From Planctomycetota bacterium (GTDB lineage: Bacteria > Planctomycetota > Planctomycetia > Planctomycetales > Planctomycetaceae): a stretch of 64,000 bases of DNA. The stretch covers positions 5,785 to 69,784 of the forward strand of contig JACTNB010000027.1 in assembly GCA_014584345.1 (NCBI GenBank), in the 5' to 3' direction. Positions 57,108 through 64,000 of this stretch are shown here, one piece after another; the first letter of the stretch is position 1, and each line of letters begins with the position of its first letter. Both the position numbers and the translations under genes were made by a program. The notes under the pieces were generated by a model. That model was not told where the DNA came from. It did no database searches and was given only the letters and a program-made list of their open reading frames with translations.

Positions 57108-58325
57108 ATGGCCAATGTCGCCCAGTTGACCGCCGACGCCTTGACGGAAGGGGGAGGCATTCTCCGTCTCGCCCCCACCTGGGTTCCCCGTTCGTTCCTG
57201 CAACCCGGACGTCGGCTGAAATTGCGCCCCCAGGATTATTACGCCCTGGGGATGCATCGGGGGGGCATCGATGAACGCTGGTTCGGTTCCACCACCGAAG
57301 CCGCCAACGAAAATCGCAACCACGACGAAGGGCTTTCCTACTGCGTGTTTCGCGGCGAACGCTTCCTGCTCCGCGATGCCATCGCGGAACTGAAAGCCGA
57401 AATCATCGGAGAGCACATCTGGAAAACATACCAGAAATGGCCCGTCTACTCGAAATTCTTCGATAACATGGGGCCGATTCCCCATCACATGCACCAGAAC
57501 GCTGAACAGGCGAAACTCGTTGGGCAGGAAGGCAAACCGGAATCCTATTACTTCCCGCCGCAGATGAACCAGATCGGCAACAACTTCCCCTATACGTTCA
57601 TGGGACTGGAACCGGGGACCAGCAAGCAGCAGGTGATTGATTGCCTCGACCGCTGGAACGCGGGGGACAACGGCATTCTCGATCTCTCGAAAGCTTACCG
57701 TCTCAAACCGGGAACGGGCTGGCTGATTCCCCCCTGCGTGCTGCATGCTCCCGGTTCGCTGGTCACCTACGAACCGCAATGGGGGAGCGACGTGTTCGGC
57801 ATGTACCAGTCCCTTGTCGAGGGACGCATGGTCCCCCGCTCGCTGCTGACCAAGGACTTCCCCGAAGACAAGCACAACGACAACGCCTATCTGGTCGATG
57901 CCCTCGACTGGGAAAAGAACGTCGATCCCAACTTCAAGGATAGCAACTACCTGGAACCTGTCGTGTCCGAACAGGGCGATGGCTGGTGCGATAAGTGGAT
58001 TGTGTACGGCAAGGTGGACGGCAAGCAACTCTTCACCGCCAAGGAACTGACGCTGCAACCCGGTGCGAAATGCAAAATCGCCGATGGAGGCGCGTATTCC
58101 TGGATCACCGTGCAGGGGAGCGGACGCATCGGCAAACTGCACCTGCAAAGCCCGGTGATGATCGCGTTCGGCGAAATGACCGAGGACGAAGTTTTCGTGA
58201 CGGCCAAAACCGCGGGCGAGGGAGTCGAATTCGAAAACACCGGCACCGAACCGCTCGTCGGCCTCCGCTACTTCGGCCCCGACGCTCAACCCAACGCCCC
58301 CGAACTGGGAGCCTGGAAGAAGTAG
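57108..58325 (+). CDS. cupin-fold protein, mannose-6-phosphate isomerase class I-like
   Basis: GGIDERW, PVYSKFFD..PHHMHQ, KPESYY, WLIPPCVLHAPG..YEPQ; resembles the PMI-type metal-ligand layout. Confidence 0.75.
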   Translation: MANVAQLTADALTEGGGILRLAPTWVPRSFLQPGRRLKLRPQDYYALGMHRGGIDERWFGSTTEAANENRNHDEGLSYCVFRGERFLLRDAIAELKAEIIGEHIWKTYQKWPVYSKFFDNMGPIPHHMHQNAEQAKLVGQEGKPESYYFPPQMNQIGNNFPYTFMGLEPGTSKQQVIDCLDRWNAGDNGILDLSKAYRLKPGTGWLIPPCVLHAPGSLVTYEPQWGSDVFGMYQSLVEGRMVPRSLLTKDFPEDKHNDNAYLVDALDWEKNVDPNFKDSNYLEPVVSEQGDGWCDKWIVYGKVDGKQLFTAKELTLQPGAKCKIADGGAYSWITVQGSGRIGKLHLQSPVMIAFGEMTEDEVFVTAKTAGEGVEFENTGTEPLVGLRYFGPDAQPNAPELGAWKK

Positions 58326-58355
58326 CCCCGGGCTGACTAAAAATCGATGAAAAGC

Positions 58356-58395
58356 AAAACAGGCCGGGGAAGGCGATTCCCCCGGCCTGTTTTTT
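58356..58395 (+). terminator. bidirectional Rho-independent terminator
   Basis: aaaacaggccggggaa-ggcga-ttcccccggcctgtttt, flanked by A- and T-tracts. Confidence 0.85.
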
Positions 58396-58678
58396 GTGAT
58401 GTCAATCTGGAGTGGTGGTAGATTGTTTCGTGATCTCAAGTGGGGGGAGTCGGAATACCAGTTAATGCAATGGTATGAGTCAAGTGTTGCGCGGCTCTTC
58501 TGAAAAATGCATATTACCGCCATTGAGAGTGTGTCCTGAGGCAATACCACAGCGGCACTGGAGAAGCCAACGGCACACCCGTGCGAGGGGCGCATGGCAT
58601 GGCTCCCAAACTAGACTCAGCCTCGAAAGTTTACTTTCGAGGCTGAGCGGTCGTAATGACACATACATTTCAGAGCGG

Positions 58679-58984
58679 TTAGAATTCCCCTACTTTTTCA
58701 CTACCGACATTGGTCCCCAGCGCGCCGAACGTGCCGTAGGGGGAAGGCAAGCCGGACGTGGTCCCGGCAGGCGCCGCGTTCAGGTCTCCTGTATTGATGT
58801 TCTCGCTGATGAACCGGACGGCTCCATGAGCCATACAGAACTGGGCGCCGCCGCTGTGCTTGCTGGAAGCACTCAGGATGCCGTCGCCACTGTCCTGGGT
58901 TTGGAGCATGCAGCTCTGCGAGTTAGGGTGGAGACCCGAAGTGAAGTAAGTATTGTTATCGAATCCCCCGTGAACTCGGGACAA
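58679..58984 (-). pseudogene. orphan C-terminal fragment of a DUF1559 gene
   Basis: [28 protein letters not shown] is homologous to the C-terminus of the 59579-60607 gene; no N-terminus, no RBS, D-to-H change in the DG motif. Confidence 0.8.
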
Positions 58985-59467
58985 TCAGGCATCGTTGAAT
59001 TTGGGCGGGGCTTTTTTCGTGGGGCCGCCAGGCTTGAGATCGAAATCGATGGTGTTGTCGCCCGGCTTGACGGTCGCCTTAAGTTCGGTTTCCGCATGGT
59101 AGCGAATCGGCAAGATTTCCTCGCGCGGTTCAATGTGCTTTCCCGCCCCGCTTTCATCGGAAAAGCCCGCCCGTTCCGAGGTGATGCTTACCCTGTATTC
59201 CCCGACAACCGCCCCTTGCTTGTCCGCCGTGTATTCGAGCACATACACACCTTGTTCGTTCGTGGTGCCCATCGAACCGCGGGCGGTTTCCGATACGGGC
59301 GAGAAGGTGACCAGCGCATCGGCCAGCGGTTCCCCGTTGAAGATCACCTTGCCCGTCACCGTGGCCAAATCCGGACCCTTCTCCCCCCCGCAACCGGGGA
59401 GTGTTCCCATCGCGAGGGAAACGATCAGCAGCAGGTTCCACCCCGCCCTGTTCTTGTTGTTATCCAT
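58985..59467 (-). CDS. lipoprotein with carboxypeptidase-regulatory-like (CarboxypepD_reg-type) domain, typical DUF1559 partner
   Basis: lipobox TLPG-C; VTGKV.FNGEPLADALVTFSP..G.TNEQG.Y..GAVVGEYRVSI..LP.RY...T.L...V..GDN.IDFDL. Confidence 0.9.
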   Translation of the reverse strand: MDNNKNRAGWNLLLIVSLAMGTLPGCGGEKGPDLATVTGKVIFNGEPLADALVTFSPVSETARGSMGTTNEQGVYVLEYTADKQGAVVGEYRVSITSERAGFSDESGAGKHIEPREEILPIRYHAETELKATVKPGDNTIDFDLKPGGPTKKAPPKFNDA

Positions 59468-59532
59468 GAGCAAGCATCCCGTTCAGTTCAAAAGTCAGAT
59501 AAAACCGATGGGGGCAAACCGCGGTAGGTCCC

Positions 59533-59569
59533 TTCCGTGGGAGCGGTCCCAGCGACCGCTCCCGCGGAA
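59533..59569. repeat. REP-like palindrome between the DUF1559 gene and its lipoprotein gene
   Basis: TTCCGTGGGAGCGGTC-CCAGC-GACCGCTCCCGCGGAA; shares CCGCGGGAGCGG with the right arm of REP doublet 2. Confidence 0.6.
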
Positions 59570-59578
59570 ATCGAGCGA

Positions 59579-60607
59579 TTAGAATTCCCCGACTACAAAG
59601 CCGTCGGCGATCCCCACCAGGCGCTCCAGCGTGCTGTTGGTATCCCAGGCCGCATCGTTATCCAGGTTGACGTTCTCGCTGATGAAACGCACGCCGCCGT
59701 CCCCCAGGACGAACTGGGCGCCCCCCTTGTGATGGCTGCTGAAGGCCATGTTGCGTTCGGTGCTTACCGCGGTCAAGGCGACGTTAATCGGATACCGCAC
59801 CGAACCGGCCAGGGAGACCCAGCCCTGATTCCAACTGGCCCCATTATCATTGGCGCTGGGCCCGTTGCCGTTTGCATCGCGGACGGCCAGCAAGGTTCCT
59901 GCCGACATCCGCACATTCCCCATCCGCCAGACCCGTTCCCCAATCAGCAGGGTATTGCTGAGTCCATCGGTAATATCGCGGAAGTTGACCCGGCTGTCCC
60001 GGTAAAAGGCGCCGATGGAACCCGTGGTCCCCACGCGGGGATTGGTTGCCTTGCCGATGCGAACATTGGCAATGTTGGTCACCAGGATGTAATTCGTCAC
60101 GGGCAAGCCGCGATTGGCATTCGGGGTGTTGTTGTCGATGGCATAGCCGGGATCCACGGCGGGATCGTGTGTTCTGGGAGCTCCCGCGTCGGAAGGGCAG
60201 AGGAAGACATCATAGGTCTGCTGCATGGCCGTCTGACTCAGGGTCATCCGGGTGGAGGCGGTGGTGTTGCTGATCGCCAGCGTATCGTACAGGGCCCCCT
60301 GTTCGACGAAGGGGAGGATCATGGCCGACCAGGCCCAGTGCCCCTGATTATCCAGAATGGTTCCGCCGGACCCCCGCTGATCGACATAGCCGGGCGGGAG
60401 GGTGTTGTAGGTATCGTGGTAATTGTGCAGCGCCAGCCCGATTTGTTTCAAGTTGTTTTTGCAACTCGACCGCCGGGCGGCTTCCCGCGCCTGCTGCACG
60501 GCGGGCAGCAGCAAGGCCACGAGAATGGCGATGATTGCAATCACCACCAATAGTTCTATCAATGTAAAACCCCGACGCACGGTTAATTTCGAAGTGTGCA
60601 ACCGCAT
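59579..60607 (-). CDS. DUF1559 family prepilin-type N-terminal cleavage/methylation domain protein
   Basis: [91 protein letters not shown]; AGAGGAGG RBS. Confidence 0.96.
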   Translation of the reverse strand: MRLHTSKLTVRRGFTLIELLVVIAIIAILVALLLPAVQQAREAARRSSCKNNLKQIGLALHNYHDTYNTLPPGYVDQRGSGGTILDNQGHWAWSAMILPFVEQGALYDTLAISNTTASTRMTLSQTAMQQTYDVFLCPSDAGAPRTHDPAVDPGYAIDNNTPNANRGLPVTNYILVTNIANVRIGKATNPRVGTTGSIGAFYRDSRVNFRDITDGLSNTLLIGERVWRMGNVRMSAGTLLAVRDANGNGPSANDNGASWNQGWVSLAGSVRYPINVALTAVSTERNMAFSSHHKGGAQFVLGDGGVRFISENVNLDNDAAWDTNSTLERLVGIADGFVVGEF

Positions 60608-61107
60608 AACCAAATCCCTCCTCTGTTTACGACACTGGAGATAATGAGACAGGAAGACAAGGACGCGGATCGAGAAGACATGGAGTTCCAATCGATCACG
60701 AGTGCGTAAGGCAATACGGAGAATTCCGCAGTAAACATAGAACCCATATTCATAGATTAAAGTTTTGGCATGCCAACATCAACTGGAATCAGTATGATTT
60801 GATGGTTTTTGCAATTTTTGTTCGACGCGATCCCCGAATGGCGGGCTATCGGATCCCAGGCCTTTCTCCTGCTCGAATGCATGGAATCCCCCAGGGCAGA
60901 GCCACTGGGTTGGCCCTCTTTGCGGAAACCCTCGCCCAAGTCGACCTTTCGTGATAAACTCTCCCTGAAGAAGCACCACTGCTGGTATTTCTCCTCCTGT
61001 ACGGAGAGAGCCTGTGTGCGTTCCGTGCCTCTTCATTGCCCGATTGCTCGCGCAATCTTATTTGTGTCAGCCCCGTACATGCCGAGTTCACGGCAGGAAT
61101 CAGACAG

Positions 61108-61428
61108 ATGAATATTATTGTCAACACAGATGCCCACATGGCCGGTAATCAGGCCGTTATCCGCCTGGTGGAAGAAACCCTCCAGCGCAAGCTGGCGCGC
61201 TTCGCAGAACGCCTGACCCGTGTCGAAGTGCAGTTGACGGACCAGAACAGCAGCGGCAAATCTGGCCCCGACGACAAAAAGTGCGTGATCGAAGCCCGGT
61301 TGGCCGGGTTCCAGCCGATCACGGTTTCCGACGAGCAGGATTCCTGGGAACATGCCTTGAACGAGGCGGCGAATAAGATGAAAACCACCCTGGAGCGGAC
61401 CATTGACAAACGCCAGGAACATTCCTGA
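61108..61428 (+). CDS. HPF/RaiA family ribosome-associated protein
   Basis: MNIIVNTD..LARFAERLTRVEVQLTDQN..KKCVIEAR..PITV..A..KM. Confidence 0.85.
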   Translation: MNIIVNTDAHMAGNQAVIRLVEETLQRKLARFAERLTRVEVQLTDQNSSGKSGPDDKKCVIEARLAGFQPITVSDEQDSWEHALNEAANKMKTTLERTIDKRQEHS

Positions 61429-61532
61429 TCCCCAGTTCTGGCCACGCCGCTCCCTGTTTGGCATGGCGGACTCCGGAACCGCCACTTCCGGGCAAGCGGG
61501 GGAGAACTCCTTTTCGTGCCATCCGGATCAGG

Positions 61533-62261
61533 TCATTCCAGGAAGCGGAATCCGACCAGGTGTCCCTGCATGCCATGGAAACGGACCATGACTTCCATGG
61601 TCAGCGAGCCGCGCGACCCGGTCAGTTCGTAAACCAGGTCGATCTGGCGGAGGCGTTCGTCGGGTTGTATGACCAGGCGTGCCTGCCGATAGTGAATTTC
61701 GGGCTGCACTCCGGTTCGCGTTTCGATCGTCGCCAGGGAATCCTGCAGATACTGGTCGGTCAACTCCCGCGAGACTTTTTCGTGCAGGGCCTTGCGGCAG
61801 CTTTCCCAGTCGCTGTTTGTCAGGGACTGTAGAAACAGACGCCCCTGGCTATGATACAGATCGAGTGAAGTGGGACGTTGAAACCAATTGGTGAGATGTT
61901 CGGATTTTACTTCGAAGGCGACGACGACATTGTTTTCCAGAATGAGCTCTGCCTCGGCGGTTCCCTTGTTGAAGAAGACTTCGGCGGTCAGTTCGCGGCG
62001 ATTTTCACTGATCAGCGAGGTCACCGGGCTGATCAGTTCAACGTGACCCAGGCGAAAGGAAACCGCCTGCAACCAGGCTTCCAGAATGGGAGGATCGATC
62101 CGTTCGGCCAGTTGTGGGTGCATCATTTTCATCATGTCGGCCACGTTGCCGGCCTGGATTACGCGAAAAAACTCGTCCAGCCCGATCTCCTCGCCCCGAG
62201 CAGATGCGAGATTCCAATTGGCACATAACAGCCCTAACAGGCAGCAGGTCAACAGTTTCAT
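61533..62261 (-). CDS. secreted hypothetical protein with two tandem NTF2/DUF3887-like units
   Basis: signal peptide MKLLTCCLLGLLCANWNLASA; internal repeat FF..I..G......MHPQL vs FL..L...D......LHEKV. Confidence 0.7.
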   Translation of the reverse strand: MKLLTCCLLGLLCANWNLASARGEEIGLDEFFRVIQAGNVADMMKMMHPQLAERIDPPILEAWLQAVSFRLGHVELISPVTSLISENRRELTAEVFFNKGTAEAELILENNVVVAFEVKSEHLTNWFQRPTSLDLYHSQGRLFLQSLTNSDWESCRKALHEKVSRELTDQYLQDSLATIETRTGVQPEIHYRQARLVIQPDERLRQIDLVYELTGSRGSLTMEVMVRFHGMQGHLVGFRFLE

Positions 62262-62549
62262 GGAATTCGCGAACCTTCCTTGCAGCGAGGTCGAACGTAA
62301 CAGTTTCCGCCCGTGACAGTCTGCCCGCGACTCCGCGGAAAACCCAAACCGACACCTCCCGGCGTTTCCCTCGCAACCGGCGGATCCCACCGAACTGAGT
62401 ATTATCCCTGGCTTTCCGAGTTGCGAAGTTGTCTATGTTTAACCAAAATCAATCTGTTCTGGCAAGCAGGAGTTCCCAAATTGTCTCGTTACCCGCTCGT
62501 GGTTGCAGAGTTTCCTGCTTCAGGATTGACATCACTGTTTGAGTAAGCC

Positions 62550-63827
62550 ATGCACTGGACCCCCAAATTTCAATACGCCTCCCGCAGCGATACGGGGATG
62601 AAGCGGCAAAACAACGAAGACACCTGCAGCATTACGCTGTGCCCCGAGGAACAGATGTGGGTGACGCGCGGGCATTTATTTGCCGTCGCCGATGGCATGG
62701 GGGGGCATGAGGTGGGAGAACTGGCCAGCAAGACGGCCATCGATACCTTGCCCCACGTCTTCTACAAATCCTCGCAGCCGACCGCGGCCGCGGCCCTGCG
62801 CGAAGCCCTGACGGAGGCAAACGCCGCGATTCATGATATCGGTATGAAGAACCGCGACTTTCATCGCATGGGCACCACCTGCTCCAGCCTGCTGATCAAT
62901 GCGGAAGGGTTTATCATCGGACATGTCGGAGACAGCCGGATCTACCGCATCCGCGAGGAACGTATCGATCAACTCACGTTCGACCACACCGTTGCCTGGG
63001 AACAAAAACTGCGGCATAAACATAATCAGTCGCTCGAGCAGGTCGATTCGGATAAATTCGGCCACGTACTGACTCGCTGCCTGGGACCCGAGCCACAGGT
63101 ACAGATCGATACCGAAGGCCCGTTCGAATATTTGCCGGGAGATGTCTTTGTCCTTTGTTCCGACGGGATTGTGAAATATCTCTCGGATATCGAACTGGGA
63201 ACGATCGCCAAGTATCTCCCCCCAGCCGAGGCCGTTCGCCTGCTGGTGAACATCGCAAACCTGAGAGGGGGCGCGGATAATTCCACAGCCATCGTCGTGC
63301 GGATCAGCAAACAGGATGGCTCGACATCCAGTCTGCCCGCAACGCAGGAATTTCATCTGCGCAGCGCGCCGCCCGTCTGGGCTCAACCGTTGTTGTTGTT
63401 TCTTGCCTTGCTGTGTGGCATTGCCGCCGGCGTGCTTTCGTTTAATCAGTGGGCAATTCTGGCGGCCAGCATCGGCCTGCTGGGGGCCTGTTTTCTACTG
63501 GGGGCCTTCCTGGCGGGGCGGGAACGTCGGCGGGTGCTTACCGGGGAGGAATCCGAGAACGACGCGGCCGATCAATCCTCGACGATCTTCTTCCGTCCTT
63601 ACCGCACCGCGGCGCTGCGGCTGAATGATGCCATCATTGAAAAATTTCGCGAAGCCGCCTTCCGTTTGCAGGCCACCGCCCGGGATGCCAACTGGACACC
63701 CGATTGGCCCCAGTATCAGACACACGTCAAGGGAGCCGAACTGGCTACCCAGCAACGAAAATATCGTCTGGCCTTGCAGGAATGGTCGCGCGGAATTGAA
63801 ATCCTGTTCGCGGGAATGCCGAAGTAA
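62550..63827 (+). CDS. PP2C-family Ser/Thr phosphatase with C-terminal TM hairpin
   Basis: [53 protein letters not shown]; two hydrophobic helices. Confidence 0.94.
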   Translation: MHWTPKFQYASRSDTGMKRQNNEDTCSITLCPEEQMWVTRGHLFAVADGMGGHEVGELASKTAIDTLPHVFYKSSQPTAAAALREALTEANAAIHDIGMKNRDFHRMGTTCSSLLINAEGFIIGHVGDSRIYRIREERIDQLTFDHTVAWEQKLRHKHNQSLEQVDSDKFGHVLTRCLGPEPQVQIDTEGPFEYLPGDVFVLCSDGIVKYLSDIELGTIAKYLPPAEAVRLLVNIANLRGGADNSTAIVVRISKQDGSTSSLPATQEFHLRSAPPVWAQPLLLFLALLCGIAAGVLSFNQWAILAASIGLLGACFLLGAFLAGRERRRVLTGEESENDAADQSSTIFFRPYRTAALRLNDAIIEKFREAAFRLQATARDANWTPDWPQYQTHVKGAELATQQRKYRLALQEWSRGIEILFAGMPK

Positions 63828-63901
63828 GCTTCCCTTCGAAACTCCCCCCATGCCGATTGCCGAATTAATGATCACGAGGCCGCCCGATGACGTCGCCGTC
63901 G

Positions 63902-64000
63902 ATGAAATATGAAATTTCCGGCAACGATTTGCAGTGCCTGGAACTGCAGTTGAGTGCGGGCGACCGCCTGATTGTTTCCCTCGAATGCCTGAATTCCCTG
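63902..64000 (+). CDS. 5' end of a gene cut by the window edge, possibly AIM24 family
   Basis: MKYEISGNDLQCLELQLSAGDRLIV resembles AIM24/TIGR00266 N-termini; only 33 codons visible. Confidence 0.45.
   Translation, partial: MKYEISGNDLQCLELQLSAGDRLIVSLECLNSL

Noticed and set aside
58480-58668. 62-aa ORF after the orphan DUF1559 fragment, considered as a decayed partner lipoprotein
   Set aside because: No lipobox or carboxypeptidase-like motif is recognisable.
57102-59527. 497-aa minus-strand and 350-aa plus-strand ORFs
   Set aside because: They overlap the well-supported cupin and DUF1559/lipoprotein genes on the opposite strand and cross terminators.
60765-60776. TTGGCATGCCAA palindrome upstream of the DUF1559 gene
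   Set aside because: Not a valid -24/-12 on either strand; too short to call an operator without comparative data.

Overview
A high-GC bacterial chromosomal window, almost certainly from a planctomycete of the Planctomycetaceae type. The evidence is two DUF1559 prepilin-type genes, a planctomycete cytochrome-c (PSCyt1-like) protein, a PQQ-like propeller and a giant cadherin protein with the planctomycete 'RLEALEAKILLA' leader. It is mostly core genome: ddl, murC-murB, amt-glnK, alaS, infC-rpmI-rplT-pheS, yebC, mlaEFD, thiO, larE, ispA-dxs and argJ, interspersed with lineage-specific secreted and signalling proteins. I found no rRNA, tRNA, CRISPR array, transposase, integrase or prophage gene. 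The most notable observations are: (1) a DUF1559 gene, a lipoprotein gene and an orphan DUF1559 C-terminal module that abuts the lipoprotein stop codon in frame (58679-60607); (2) two REPIN-like inverted REP doublets; (3) a sigma-54 promoter overlapped by a palindrome and followed by a structured leader with twin hairpins upstream of amt; (4) a non-canonical ATC start for infC; (5) a 55-aa basic protein missed by the ORF track; (6) a diheme cytochrome fused to a degenerate peptidase-MA-like domain next to a stand-alone Fe-S-type LarE. All family assignments come from motif recognition by eye; no database searches were run.
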